Of a DNA stretch of 64,000 nt, positions 41,783 through 56,700 are shown piece by piece (position 1 is the first letter of the stretch; each line of letters begins with the position of its first letter). The notes below the pieces were generated by a model that ran no database searches, was not told the DNA's origin, and saw nothing but the letters and a program-made list of their open reading frames with translations. The position numbers and the translations under genes were made by a program. The stretch is from Macrostomum lignano (Eukaryota), in contig NIVC01001676.1 of NCBI GenBank assembly GCA_002269645.1, positions 1 through 64,000 of the forward strand, written 5' to 3'.

Positions 41783-44700
41783 AAGACCCTGAGTAGCCCA
41801 ACCAGAACAACCTGAGTAGCCCAACCTGAACAACCTGAGTAGCCCAACCTGAACAACCTGAGTAGCCCAAACAGAACAACCTGAGCAGCCCAACTTGAAG
41901 ACCCTGAGCAGCCCAACCCGAAAATTCTGAGTAGCCCAATCTGAAGACTCTGAGCAGCGCAACCTGAACAACCTGAGCAGCCCAACCTGAAGACTCTGAG
42001 CAGCCCAACCTGAAGACTCTGAGCAGCCCAACCTGAAGACTCTGAGCAGCTCAACCTGAAGACTCTGAGCAGCCCAACCTGAAGACTCTATGCAGCCCAA
42101 CCCGAAGACTCTGAGCAGCCCAACCTGAAGACTCTGAGCAGCCCAACCTGAAGACTCTGAGCAGCCCAACCTGAAGACTCTGAGCAGCTCAACCTGAAGA
42201 CTCTGAGCAGCTCAACCTGAAGACTCTGAGCAGCCCAACCTGAACGACCTGAGTAGCCCAACCTGAAGACTCTGAGCAGCTCAACCTGAAGACTCTGAGC
42301 AGCTCAACCTGAAGACTCTGAGCAGCCCAACCTGAAGACTCTGAGCAGCCCAACCTGAAGACTCTGAGCAGCCCAACCTGAAGACTCTGAGCAGCCCAAC
42401 CTGAAGACTCTGAGCAGCCCAACCTGAAGACTCTGAGCAGCCCAACCTGAAGACTCTGAGCAGCTCAACCTGAAGACTCTGAGCAGCTCAACCTGAAGAC
42501 TCTGAGCAGCCCAACCTGAAGACTCTGAGCAGCCCAACCTGAAGACTCTGAGCAGCCCAACCTGAAGACTCTGAGCAGCCCAACCTGAAGACTCTGAGCA
42601 GCCCAACCTGAAGACTCTGAGCAGCTCAACCTGAAGACTCTGAGCAGCTCAACCTGAAGACTCTGAGCAGCCCAACCTGAAGACTCTGAGCAGCCCAACC
42701 TGAAGACTCTGAGCAGCCAACCTGAAGACTCTGAGCAGCCCAACCTGAAGACTCTGAGCAGCCCAACCTGAAGACTCTGAGCAGCTCAACCTGAAGACTC
42801 TGAGCAGCCCAACCTGAAGACTCTGAGCAGCCCAACCTGAAGACTCTGAGCAGCCCAACCTGAAGACTCTGAGCAGCCCAACCTGAAGACTCTGAGCAGC
42901 CCAACCTGAAGACTCTGAGCAGCCCAACCTGAAGACTCTGAGCAGCTCAACCTGAAGACTCTGAGCAGCTCAACCTGAAGACTCTGAGCAGCCCAACCTG
43001 AAGACTCTGAGCAGCTCAACCTGAAGACTCTGAGCAGCTCAACCTGAAGACTCTGAGCAGCCCAACCTGAAGACTCTGAGCAGCTCAACCTGAAGACTCT
43101 GAGCAGCTCAACCTGAAGACTCTGAGCAGCTCAACCTGAAGACTCTGAGCAGCTCAACCTGAAGACTCTGAGCAGCTCAACCTGAAGACTCTGAGCAGCT
43201 CAACCTGAAGACTCTGAGCAGCCCAACCTGAAGACTCTGAGCAGCCCAACCTGAAGACTCTGAGCAGCTCAACCTGAAGACTCTGAGCAGCTCAACCTGA
43301 AGACTCTGAGCAGCTCAACCTGAAGACTCTGAGCAGCTCAACCTGAAGACTCTGAGCAGCTCAACCTGAAGACTCTGAGCAGCTCAACCTGAAGACTCTG
43401 AGCAGCCCAACCTGAAGACTCTGAGCAGCCCAACCTGAAGACTCTGAGCAGCTCAACCTGAAGACTCTGAGCAGCCCAACCTGAAGACTCTGAGCAGCCC
43501 AACCTGAAGACTCTGAGCAGCCCAACCTGAAGACTCTGAGCAGCTCAACCTGAAGACTCTGAGCAGCCCAACCTGAAGACTCTGAGCAGCCCAACCTGAA
43601 GACTCTGAGCAGCTCAACCTGAAGACTCTGAGCAGCTCAACCTGAAGACTCTGAGCAGCCCAACCTGAAGACTCTGAGCAGCCCAACCTGAAGACTCTGA
43701 GCAGCCCAACCTGAAGACTCTGAGCAGCTCAACCTGAAGACTCTGAGCAGCCCAACCTGAAGACTCTGAGCAGCCCAACCTGAAGACTCTGAGCAGCCCA
43801 ACCTGAAGACTCTGAGCAGCCAACCTGAAGACTCTGAGCAGCTCAACCTGAAGACTCTGAGCAGCCCAACCTGAAGACTCTGAGCAGCCCAACCTGAAGA
43901 CTCTGAGCAGCCCAACCTGAAGACTCTGAGCAGCCCAACCTGAAGACTCTGAGCAGCCCAACCTGAAGACTCTGAGCAGCCCAACCTGAAGACTCTGAGC
44001 AGCCCAACCTGAAGACTCTGAGCAGCCAACCTGAAGACTCTGAGCAGCTCAACCTGAAGACTCTGAGCAGCCCAACCTGAAGACTCTGAGCAGCCCAACC
44101 TGAAGACTCTGAGCAGCCCAACCTGAAGACTCTGAGCAGCCCAACCTGAAGACTCTGAGCAGCCCAACCTGAAGACTCTGAGCAGCCAACCTGAAGACTC
44201 TGAGCAGCCCAACCTGAAGACTCTGAGCAGCCCAACCTGAAGACTCTGAGCAGCTCAACCTGAAGACTCTGAGCAGCCCAACCTGAAGACTCTGAGCAGC
44301 CCAACCTGAAGACTCTGAGCAGCTCAACCTGAAGACTCTGAGCAGCCCAACCTGAAGACTCTGAGCAGCCAACCTGAAGACTCTGAGCAGCCCAACCTGA
44401 AGACTCTGAGCAGCCCAACCTGAAGACTCTGAGCAGCTCAACCTGAAGACTCTGAGCAGCCCAACCTGAAGACTCTGAGCAGCCCAACCTGAAGACTCTG
44501 AGCAGCCCAACCTGAAGACTCTGAGCAGCTCAACCTGAAGACTCTGAGCAGCTCAACCTGAAGACTCTGAGCAGCCCAACCTGAAGACTCTGAGCAGCCC
44601 AACCTGAAGACTCTGAGCAGCCCAACCTGAAGACTCTGAGCAGCCCAACCTGAAGACTCTGAGCAGCCCAACCTGAAGACTCTGAGCAGCTCAACCTGAA

Positions 44701-47700
44701 GACTCTGAGCAGCTCAACCTGAAGACTCTGAGCAGCCAACCTGAAGACTCTGAGCAGCCCAACCTGAAGACTCTGAGCAGCCAACCTGAAGACTCTGAGC
44801 AGCTCAACCTGAAGACTCTGAGCAGCCCAACCTGAAGACTCTGAGCAGCCCAACCTGAAGACTCTGAGCAGCTCAACCTGAAGACTCTGAGCAGCCCAAC
44901 CTGAAGACTCTGAGCAGCCCAACCTGAAGACTCTGAGCAGCAACCTGAAGACTCTGAGCAGCCCAACCTGAAGACTCTGAGCAGCCCAACCTGAAGACTC
45001 TGAGCAGCTCAACCTGAAGACTCTGAGCAGCCCAACCTGAAGACTCTGAGCAGCCCAACCTGAAGACTCTGAGCAGCCCAACCTGAAGACTCTGAGCAGC
45101 CCAACCTGAAGACTCTGAGCAGCCCAACCTGAAGACTCTGAGCAGCCCAACCTGAAGACTCTGAGCAGCTCAACCTGAAGACTCTGAGCAGCCAACCTGA
45201 AGACTCTGAGCAGCCCAACCTGAAGACTCTGAGCAGCTCAACCTGAAGACTCTGAGCAGCCCAACCTGAAGACTCTGAGCAGCTCAACCTGAAGACTCTG
45301 AGCAGCTCAACCTGAAGACTCTGAGCAGCCCAACCTGAAGACTCTGAGCAGCCCAACCTGAAGACTCTGAGCAGCCAACCTGAAGACTCTGAGCAGCCCA
45401 ACCTGAAGACTCTGAGCAGCCCAACCTGAAGACTCTGAGCAGCTCAACCTGAAGACTCTGAGCAGCTCAACCTGAAGACTCTGAGCAGCCAACCTGAAGA
45501 CTCTGAGCAGCCCAACCTGAAGACTCTGAGCAGCCCAACCTGAAGACTCTGAGCAGCTCAACCTGAAGACTCTGAGCAGCCCAACCTGAAGACTCTGAGC
45601 AGCCCAACCTGAAGACTCTGAGCAGCCCAACCTGAAGACTCTGAGCAGCTCAACCTGAAGACTCTGAGCAGCCCAACCTGAAGACTCTGAGCAGCCCAAC
45701 CTGAAGACTCTGAGCAGCCAACCTGAAGACTCTGAGCAGCCCAACCTGAAGACTCTGAGCAGCCCAACCTGAAGACTCTGAGCAGCCCAACCTGAAGACT
45801 CTGAGCAGCCCAACCTGAAGACTCTGAGCAGCCAACCTGAAGACTCTGAGCAGCCCAACCTGAAGACTCTGAGCAGCCCAACCTGAAGACTCTGAGCAGC
45901 CCAACCTGAAGACTCTGAGCAGCCAACCTGAAGACTCTGAGCAGCTCAACCTGAAGACTCTGAGCAGCCCAACCTGAAGACTCTGAGCAGCCCAACCTGA
46001 AGACTCTGAGCAGCCCAACCTGAAGACTCTGAGCAGCCCAACCTGAAGACTCTGAGCAGCCCAACCTGAAGACTCTGAGCAGCCCAACCTGAAGACTCTG
46101 AGCAGCCAACCTGAAGACTCTGAGCAGCCCAACCTGAAGACTCTGAGCAGCCAACCTGAAGACTCTGAGCAGCCCAACCTGAAGACTCTGAGCAGCCCAA
46201 CCTGAAGACTCTGAGCAGCCCAACCTGAAGACTCTGAGCAGCCCAACCTGAAGACTCTGAGCAGCCCAACCTGAAGACTCTGAGCAGCCCAACCTGAAGA
46301 CTCTGAGCAGCCCAACCTGAAGACTCTGAGCAGCCCAACCTGAAGACTCTGAGCAGCTCAACCTGAAGACTCTGAGCAGCCCAACCTGAAGACTCTGAGC
46401 AGCCCAACCTGAAGACTCTGAGCAGCCAACCTGAAGACTCTGAGCAGCCCAACCTGAAGACTCTGAGCAGCCAACCTGAAGACTCTGAGCAGCCCAACCT
46501 GAAGACTCTGAGCAGCCCAACCTGAAGACTCTGAGCAGCCAACCTGAAGACTCTGAGCAGCCCAACCTGAAGACTCTGAGCAGCCCAACCTGAAGACTCT
46601 GAGCAGCCCAACCTGAAGACTCTGAGCAGCCAACCTGAAGACTCTGAGCAGCTCAACCTGAAGACTCTGAGCAGCCCAACCTGAAGACTCTGAGCAGCCA
46701 ACCTGAAGACTCTGAGCAGCCCAACCTGAAGACTCTGAGCAGCCCAACCTGAAGACTCTGAGCAGCCCAACCTGAAGACTCTGAGCAGCCAACCTGAAGA
46801 CTCTGAGCAGCCAACCTGAAGACTCTGAGCAGCCAACCTGAAGACTCTGAGCAGCCCAACCTGAAGACTCTGAGCAGCCAACCTGAAGACTCTGAGCAGC
46901 CAACCTGAAGACTCTGAGCAGCCCAACCTGAAGACTCTGAGCAGCCCAACCTGAAGACTCTGAGCAGCCCAACCTGAAGACTCTGAGCAGCCCAACCTGA
47001 AGACTCTGAGCAGCCCAACCTGAAGACTCTGAGCAGCCCAACCTGAAGACTCTGAGCAGCCCAACCTGAAGACTCTGAGCAGCCCAACCTGAAGACTCTG
47101 AGCAGCCAACCTGAAGACTCTGAGCAGCCCAACCTGAAGACTCTGAGCAGCCCAACCTGAAGACTCTGAGCAGCCCAACCTGAAGACTCTGAGCAGCCCA
47201 ACCTGAAGACTCTGAGCAGCCAACCTGAAGACTCTGAGCAGCCCAACCTGAAGACTCTGAGCAGCCAACCTGAAGACTCTGAGCAGCCAACCTGAAGACT
47301 CTGAGCAGCCAACCTGAAGACTCTGAGCAGCCAACCTGAAGACTCTGAGCAGCCCAACCTGAAGACTCTGAGCAGCCAACCTGAAGACTCTGAGCAGCCA
47401 ACCTGAAGACTCTGAGCAGCCCAACCTGAAGACTCTGAGCAGCCCAACCTGAAGACTCTGAGCAGCCAACCTGAAGACTCTGAGCAGCCAACCTGAAGAC
47501 TCTGAGCAGCCCAACCTGAAGACTCTGAGCAGCCCAACCTGAAGACTCTGAGCAGCCCAACCTGAAGACTCTGAGCAGCCCAACCTGAAGACTCTGAGCA
47601 GCCAACCTGAAGACTCTGAGCAGCCAACCTGAAGACTCTGAGCAGCCCAACCTGAAGACTCTGAGCAGCCCAACCTGAAGACTCTGAGCAGCCCAACCTG

Positions 47701-50700
47701 AAGACTCTGAGCAGCCCAACCTGAAGACTCTGAGCAGCCAACCTGAAGACTCTGAGCAGCCCAACCTGAAGACTCTGAGCAGCCCAACCTGAAGACTCTG
47801 AGCAGCCCAACCTGAAGACTCTGAGCAGCCCAACCTGAAGACTCTGAGCAGCCCAACCTGAAGACTCTGAGCAGCCCAACCTGAAGACTCTGAGCAGCCA
47901 ACCTGAAGACTCTGAGCAGCCCAACCTGAAGACTCTGAGCAGCCCAACCTGAAGACTCTGAGCAGCCCAACCTGAAGACTCTGAGCAGCCCAACCTGAAG
48001 ACTCTGAGCAGCCCAACCTGAAGACTCTGAGCAGCCAACCTGAAGACTCTGAGCAGCCAACCTGAAGACTCTGAGCAGCCCAACCTGAAGACTCTGAGCA
48101 GCCCAACCTGAAGACTCTGAGCAGCCCAACCTGAAGACTCTGAGCAGCCAACCTGAAGACTCTGAGCAGCCCAACCTGAAGACTCTGAGCAGCCCAACCT
48201 GAAGACTCTGAGCAGCCCAACCTGAAGACTCTGAGCAGCCAACCTGAAGACTCTGAGCAGCCCAACCTGAAGACTCTGAGCAGCCAACCTGAAGACTCTG
48301 AGCAGCCAACCTGAAGACTCTGAGCAGCCCAACCTGAAGACTCTGAGCAGCCCAACCTGAAGACTCTGAGCAGCCAACCTGAAGACTCTGAGCAGCCCAA
48401 CCTGAAGACTCTGAGCAGCCCAACCTGAAGACTCTGAGCAGCCCAACCTGAAGACTCTGAGCAGCCCAACCTGAAGACTCTGAGCAGCCCAACCTGAAGA
48501 CTCTGAGCAGCCAACCTGAAGACTCTGAGCAGCCCAACCTGAAGACTCTGAGCAGCCCAACCTGAAGACTCTGAGCAGCCCAACCTGAAGACTCTGAGCA
48601 GCCCAACCTGAAGACTCTGAGCAGCCCAACCTGAAGACTCTGAGCAGCCAACCTGAAGACTCTGAGCAGCCAACCTGAAGACTCTGAGCAGCCCAACCTG
48701 AAGACTCTGAGCAGCCCAACCTGAAGACTCTGAGCAGCCAACCTGAAGACTCTGAGCAGCCCAACCTGAAGACTCTGAGCAGCCAACCTGAAGACTCTGA
48801 GCAGCCCAACCTGAAGACTCTGAGCAGCCCAACCTGAAGACTCTGAGCAGCCCAACCTGAAGACTCTGAGCAGCCCAACCTGAAGACTCTGAGCAGCCCA
48901 ACCTGAAGACTCTGAGCAGCCCAACCTGAAGACTCTGAGCAGCCAACCTGAAGACTCTGAGCAGCCCAACCTGAAGACTCTGAGCAGCCCAACCTGAAGA
49001 CTCTGAGCAGCCAACCTGAAGACTCTGAGCAGCCAACCTGAAGACTCTGAGCAGCCCAACCTGAAGACTCTGAGCAGCCCAACCTGAAGACTCTGAGCAG
49101 CCAACCTGAAGACTCTGAGCAGCCAACCTGAAGACTCTGAGCAGCCAACCTGAAGACTCTGAGCAGCCAACCTGAAGACTCTGAGCAGCCCAACCTGAAG
49201 ACTCTGAGCAGCCAACCTGAAGACTCTGAGCAGCCAACCTGAAGACTCTGAGCAGCCCAACCTGAAGACTCTGAGCAGCCCAACCTGAAGACTCTGAGCA
49301 GCCCAACCTGAAGACTCTGAGCAGCCCAACCTGAAGACTCTGAGCAGCCCAACCTGAAGACTCTGAGCAGCCCAACCTGAAGACTCTGAGCAGCCAACCT
49401 GAAGACTCTGAGCAGCCCAACCTGAAGACTCTGAGCAGCCCAACCTGAAGACTCTGAGCAGCCCAACCTGAAGACTCTGAGCAGCCCAACCTGAAGACTC
49501 TGAGCAGCCCAACCTGAAGACTCTGAGCAGCCCAACCTGAAGACTCTGAGCAGCCAACCTGAAGACTCTGAGCAGCCCAACCTGAAGACTCTGAGCAGCC
49601 CAACCTGAAGACTCTGAGCAGCCCAACCTGAAGACTCTGAGCAGCCAACCTGAAGACTCTGAGCAGCCCAACCTGAAGACTCTGAGCAGCCAACCTGAAG
49701 ACTCTGAGCAGCCAACCTGAAGACTCTGAGCAGCCCAACCTGAAGACTCTGAGCAGCCAACCTGAAGACTCTGAGCAGCCAACCTGAAGACTCTGAGCAG
49801 CCCAACCTGAAGACTCTGAGCAGCCCAACCTGAAGACTCTGAGCAGCCAACCTGAAGACTCTGAGCAGCCAACCTGAAGACTCTGAGCAGCCAACCTGAA
49901 GACTCTGAGCAGCCCAACCTGAAGACTCTGAGCAGCCAACCTGAAGACTCTGAGCAGCCCAACCTGAAGACTCTGAGCAGCCCAACCTGAAGACTCTGAG
50001 CAGCCAACCTGAAGACTCTGAGCAGCCAACCTGAAGACTCTGAGCAGCCAACCTGAAGACTCTGAGCAGCCCAACCTGAAGACTCTGAGCAGCCAACCTG
50101 AAGACTCTGAGCAGCCAACCTGAAGACTCTGAGCAGCCCAACCTGAAGACTCTGAGCAGCCCAACCTGAAGACTCTGAGCAGCCAACCTGAAGACTCTGA
50201 GCAGCCCAACCTGAAGACTCTGAGCAGCCCAACCTGAAGACTCTGAGCAGCCCAACCTGAAGACTCTGAGCAGCCAACCTGAAGACTCTGAGCAGCCCAA
50301 CCTGAAGACTCTGAGCAGCCCAACCTGAAGACTCTGAGCAGCCCAACCTGAAGACTCTGAGCAGCCCAACCTGAAGACTCTGAGCAGCCCAACCTGAAGA
50401 CTCTGAGCAGCCCAACCTGAAGACTCTGAGCAGCCCAACCTGAAGACTCTGAGCAGCCAACCTGAAGACTCTGAGCAGCCCAACCTGAAGACTCTGAGCA
50501 GCCCAACCTGAAGACTCTGAGCAGCCCAACCTGAAGACTCTGAGCAGCCAACCTGAAGACTCTGAGCAGCCCAACCTGAAGACTCTGAGCAGCCCAACCT
50601 GAAGACTCTGAGCAGCCCAACCTGAAGACTCTGAGCAGCCAACCTGAAGACTCTGAGCAGCCAACCTGAAGACTCTGAGCAGCCCAACCTGAAGACTCTG

Positions 50701-53700
50701 AGCAGCCCAACCTGAAGACTCTGAGCAGCCCAACCTGAAGACTCTGAGCAGCCCAACCTGAAGACTCTGAGCAGCCCAACCTGAAGACTCTGAGCAGCCC
50801 AACCTGAAGACTCTGAGCAGCCCAACCTGAAGACTCTGAGCAGCCCAACCTGAAGACTCTGAGCAGCCCAACCTGAAGACTCTGAGCAGCCCAACCTGAA
50901 GACTCTGAGCAGCCAACCTGAAGACTCTGAGCAGCCAACCTGAAGACTCTGAGCAGCCCAACCTGAAGACTCTGAGCAGCCAACCTGAAGACTCTGAGCA
51001 GCCAACCTGAAGACTCTGAGCAGCCAACCTGAAGACTCTGAGCAGCCCAACCTGAAGACTCTGAGCAGCCCAACCTGAAGACTCTGAGCAGCCAACCTGA
51101 AGACTCTGAGCAGCCCAACCTGAAGACTCTGAGCAGCCCAACCTGAAGACTCTGAGCAGCCCAACCTGAAGACTCTGAGCAGCCAACCTGAAGACTCTGA
51201 GCAGCCCAACCTGAAGACTCTGAGCAGCCCAACCTGAAGACTCTGAGCAGCCAACCTGAAGACTCTGAGCAGCCCAACCTGAAGACTCTGAGCAGCCCAA
51301 CCTGAAGACTCTGAGCAGCCCAACCTGAAGACTCTGAGCAGCCCAACCTGAAGACTCTGAGCAGCCCAACCTGAAGACTCTGAGCAGCCCAACCTGAAGA
51401 CTCTGAGCAGCCCAACCTGAAGACTCTGAGCAGCCCAACCTGAAGACTCTGAGCAGCCAACCTGAAGACTCTGAGCAGCCCAACCTGAAGACTCTGAGCA
51501 GCCCAACCTGAAGACTCTGAGCAGCCCAACCTGAAGACTCTGAGCAGCCCAACCTGAAGACTCTGAGCAGCCCAACCTGAAGACTCTGAGCAGCCCAACC
51601 TGAAGACTCTGAGCAGCCCAACCTGAAGACTCTGAGCAGCCCAACCTGAAGACTCTGAGCAGCCCAACCTGAAGACTCTGAGCAGCCCAACCTGAAGACT
51701 CTGAGCAGCCCAACCTGAAGACTCTGAGCAGCCCAACCTGAAGACTCTGAGCAGCCCAACCTGAAGACTCTGAGCAGCCCAACCTGAAGACTCTGAGCAG
51801 CCCAACCTGAAGACTCTGAGCAGCCCAACCTGAAGACTCTGAGCAGCCCAACCTGAAGACTCTGAGCAGCCCAACCTGAAGACTCTGAGCAGCCCAACCT
51901 GAAGACTCTGAGCAGCCAACCTGAAGACTCTGAGCAGCCCAACCTGAAGACTCTGAGCAGCCAACCTGAAGACTCTGAGCAGCCCAACCTGAAGACTCTG
52001 AGCAGCCCAACCTGAAGACTCTGAGCAGCCCAACCTGAAGACTCTGAGCAGCCAACCTGAAGACTCTGAGCAGCCCAACCTGAAGACTCTGAGCAGCCAA
52101 CCTGAAGACTCTGAGCAGCCCAACCTGAAGACTCTGAGCAGCCAACCTGAAGACTCTGAGCAGCCAACCTGAAGACTCTGAGCAGCCAACCTGAAGACTC
52201 TGAGCAGCAACCTGAAGACTCTGAGCAGCAACCTGAAGACTCTGAGCAGCCCAACCTGAAGACTCTGAGCAGCCCAACCTGAAGACTCTGAGCAGCCCAA
52301 CCTGAAGACTCTGAGCAGCCAACCTGAAGACTCTGAGCAGCCAACCTGAAGACTCTGAGCAGCCCAACCTGAAGACTCTGAGCAGCCCAACCTGAAGACT
52401 CTGAGCAGCCCAACCTGAAGACTCTGAGCAGCCAACCTGAAGACTCTGAGCAGCCCAACCTGAAGACTCTGAGCAGCCAACCTGAAGACTCTGAGCAGCC
52501 AACCTGAAGACTCTGAGCAGCCAACCTGAAGACTCTGAGCAGCCCAACCTGAAGACTCTGAGCAGCCCAACCTGAAGACTCTGAGCAGCCCAACCTGAAG
52601 ACTCTGAGCAGCCCAACCTGAAGACTCTGAGCAGCCCAACCTGAAGACTCTGAGCAGCCAACCTGAAGACTCTGAGCAGCCCAACCTGAAGACTCTGAGC
52701 AGCCCAACCTGAAGACTCTGAGCAGCCCAACCTGAAGACTCTGAGCAGCCAACCTGAAGACTCTGAGCAGCCCAACCTGAAGACTCTGAGCAGCCCAACC
52801 TGAAGACTCTGAGCAGCCCAACCTGAAGACTCTGAGCAGCCCAACCTGAAGACTCTGAGCAGCCCAACCTGAAGACTCTGAGCAGCCAACCTGAAGACTC
52901 TGAGCAGCCAACCTGAAGACTCTGAGCAGCCAACCTGAAGACTCTGAGCAGCCAACCTGAAGACTCTGAGCAGCCCAACCTGAAGACTCTGAGCAGCCAA
53001 CCTGAAGACTCTGAGCAGCCCAACCTGAAGACTCTGAGCAGCCCAACCTGAAGACTCTGAGCAGCCCAACCTGAAGACTCTGAGCAGCCCAACCTGAAGA
53101 CTCTGAGCAGCCAACCTGAAGACTCTGAGCAGCCAACCTGAAGACTCTGAGCAGCCAACCTGAAGACTCTGAGCAGCCCAACCTGAAGACTCTGAGCAGC
53201 CCAACCTGAAGACTCTGAGCAGCCAACCTGAAGACTCTGAGCAGCCCAACCTGAAGACTCTGAGCAGCCAACCTGAAGACTCTGAGCAGCCAACCTGAAG
53301 ACTCTGAGCAGCCCAACCTGAAGACTCTGAGCAGCCCAACCTGAAGACTCTGAGCAGCCAACCTGAAGACTCTGAGCAGCCAACCTGAAGACTCTGAGCA
53401 GCCAACCTGAAGACTCTGAGCAGCCCAACCTGAAGACTCTGAGCAGCCCAACCTGAAGACTCTGAGCAGCCAACCTGAAGACTCTGAGCAGCCCAACCTG
53501 AAGACTCTGAGCAGCCCAACCTGAAGACTCTGAGCAGCCCAACCTGAAGACTCTGAGCAGCCCAACCTGAAGACTCTGAGCAGCCAACCTGAAGACTCTG
53601 AGCAGCCCAACCTGAAGACTCTGAGCAGCCAACCTGAAGACTCTGAGCAGCCCAACCTGAAGACTCTGAGCAGCCAACCTGAAGACTCTGAGCAGCCAAC

Positions 53701-56700
53701 CTGAAGACTCTGAGCAGCCCAACCTGAAGACTCTGAGCAGCCCAACCTGAAGACTCTGAGCAGCCCAACCTGAAGACTCTGAGCAGCCCAACCTGAAGAC
53801 TCTGAGCAGCCCAACCTGAAGACTCTGAGCAGCCAACCTGAAGACTCTGAGCAGCCCAACCTGAAGACTCTGAGCAGCCAACCTGAAGACTCTGAGCAGC
53901 CAACCTGAAGACTCTGAGCAGCCAACCTGAAGACTCTGAGCAGCCAACCTGAAGACTCTGAGCAGCCAACCTGAAGACTCTGAGCAGCCAACCTGAAGAC
54001 TCTGAGCAGCCAACCTGAAGACTCTGAGCAGCCCAACCTGAAGACTCTGAGCAGCCCAACCTGAAGACTCTGAGCAGCCAACCTGAAGACTCTGAGCAGC
54101 CAACCTGAAGACTCTGAGCAGCCAACCTGAAGACTCTGAGCAGCCAACCTGAAGACTCTGAGCAGCCAACCTGAAGACTCTGAGCAGCCAACCTGAAGAC
54201 TCTGAGCAGCCCAACCTGAAGACTCTGAGCAGCCAACCTGAAGACTCTGAGCAGCCAACCTGAAGACTCTGAGCAGCCAACCTGAAGACTCTGAGCAGCC
54301 AACCTGAAGACTCTGAGCAGCCAACCTGAAGACTCTGAGCAGCCCAACCTGAAGACTCTGAGCAGCCAACCTGAAGACTCTGAGCAGCCAACCTGAAGAC
54401 TCTGAGCAGCCAACCTGAAGACTCTGAGCAGCCAACCTGAAGACTCTGAGCAGCCAACCTGAAGACTCTGAGCAGCCAACCTGAAGACTCTGAGCAGCCA
54501 ACCTGAAGACTCTGAGCAGCCCAACCTGAAGACTCTGAGCAGCCCAACCTGAAGACTCTGAGCAGCCAACCTGAAGACTCTGAGCAGCCCAACCTGAAGA
54601 CTCTGAGCAGCCAACCTGAAGACTCTGAGCAGCCCAACCTGAAGACTCTGAGCAGCCAACCTGAAGACTCTGAGCAGCCCAACCTGAAGACTCTGAGCAG
54701 CCCAACCTGAAGACTCTGAGCAGCCAACCTGAAGACTCTGAGCAGCCAACCTGAAGACTCTGAGCAGCCAACCTGAAGACTCTGAGCAGCCAACCTGAAG
54801 ACTCTGAGCAGCCCAACCTGAAGACTCTGAGCAGCCCAACCTGAAGACTCTGAGCAGCCCAACCTGAAGACTCTGAGCAGCCAACCTGAAGACTCTGAGC
54901 AGCCCAACCTGAAGACTCTGAGCAGCCAACCTGAAGACTCTGAGCAGCCCAACCTGAAGACTCTGAGCAGCCCAACCTGAAGACTCTGAGCAGCCAACCT
55001 GAAGACTCTGAGCAGCCAACCTGAAGACTCTGAGCAGCCCAACCTGAAGACTCTGAGCAGCCCAACCTGAAGACTCTGAGCAGCCAACCTGAAGACTCTG
55101 AGCAGCCAACCTGAAGACTCTGAGCAGCCAACCTGAAGACTCTGAGCAGCCCAACCTGAAGACTCTGAGCAGCCCAACCTGAAGACTCTGAGCAGCCAAC
55201 CTGAAGACTCTGAGCAGCCAACCTGAAGACTCTGAGCAGCCCAACCTGAAGACTCTGAGCAGCCAACCTGAAGACTCTGAGCAGCCAACCTGAAGACTCT
55301 GAGCAGCCAACCTGAAGACTCTGAGCAGCCAACCTGAAGACTCTGAGCAGCCCAACCTGAAGACTCTGAGCAGCCAACCTGAAGACTCTGAGCAGCCAAC
55401 CTGAAGACTCTGAGCAGCCCAACCTGAAGACTCTGAGCAGCCAACCTGAAGACTCTGAGCAGCCAACCTGAAGACTCTGAGCAGCCCAACCTGAAGACTC
55501 TGAGCAGCCAACCTGAAGACTCTGAGCAGCCCAACCTGAAGACTCTGAGCAGCCCAACCTGAAGACTCTGAGCAGCCAACCTGAAGACTCTGAGCAGCCA
55601 ACCTGAAGACTCTGAGCAGCCAACCTGAAGACTCTGAGCAGCCCAACCTGAAGACTCTGAGCAGCCAACCTGAAGACTCTGAGCAGCCCAACCTGAAGAC
55701 TCTGAGCAGCCCAACCTGAAGACTCTGAGCAGCCAACCTGAAGACTCTGAGCAGCCCAACCTGAAGACTCTGAGCAGCCCAACCTGAAGACTCTGAGCAG
55801 CCCAACCTGAAGACTCTGAGCAGCCCAACCTGAAGACTCTGAGCAGCCAACCTGAAGACTCTGAGCAGCCAACCTGAAGACTCTGAGCAGCCCAACCTGA
55901 AGACTCTGAGCAGCCCAACCTGAAGACTCTGAGCAGCCAACCTGAAGACTCTGAGCAGCCAACCTGAAGACTCTGAGCAGCCCAACCTGAAGACTCTGAG
56001 CAGCCCAACCTGAAGACTCTGAGCAGCCAACCTGAAGACTCTGAGCAGCCCAACCTGAAGACTCTGAGCAGCCAACCTGAAGACTCTGAGCAGCCAACCT
56101 GAAGACTCTGAGCAGCCAACCTGAAGACTCTGAGCAGCCAACCTGAAGACTCTGAGCAGCCCAACCTGAAGACTCTGAGCAGCCCAACCTGAAGACTCTG
56201 AGCAGCCCAACCTGAAGACTCTGAGCAGCCAACCTGAAGACTCTGAGCAGCCAACCTGAAGACTCTGAGCAGCCCAACCTGAAGACTCTGAGCAGCCAAC
56301 CTGAAGACTCTGAGCAGCCCAACCTGAAGACTCTGAGCAGCCAACCTGAAGACTCTGAGCAGCCCAACCTGAAGACTCTGAGCAGCCCAACCTGAAGACT
56401 CTGAGCAGCCAACCTGAAGACTCTGAGCAGCCAACCTGAAGACTCTGAGCAGCCCAACCTGAAGACTCTGAGCAGCCCAACCTGAAGACTCTGAGCAGCC
56501 AACCTGAAGACTCTGAGCAGCCCAACCTGAAGACTCTGAGCAGCCCAACCTGAAGACTCTGAGCAGCCAACCTGAAGACTCTGAGCAGCCCAACCTGAAG
56601 ACTCTGAGCAGCCCAACCTGAAGACTCTGAGCAGCCCAACCTGAAGACTCTGAGCAGCCCAACCTGAAGACTCTGAGCAGCCCAACCTGAAGACTCTGAG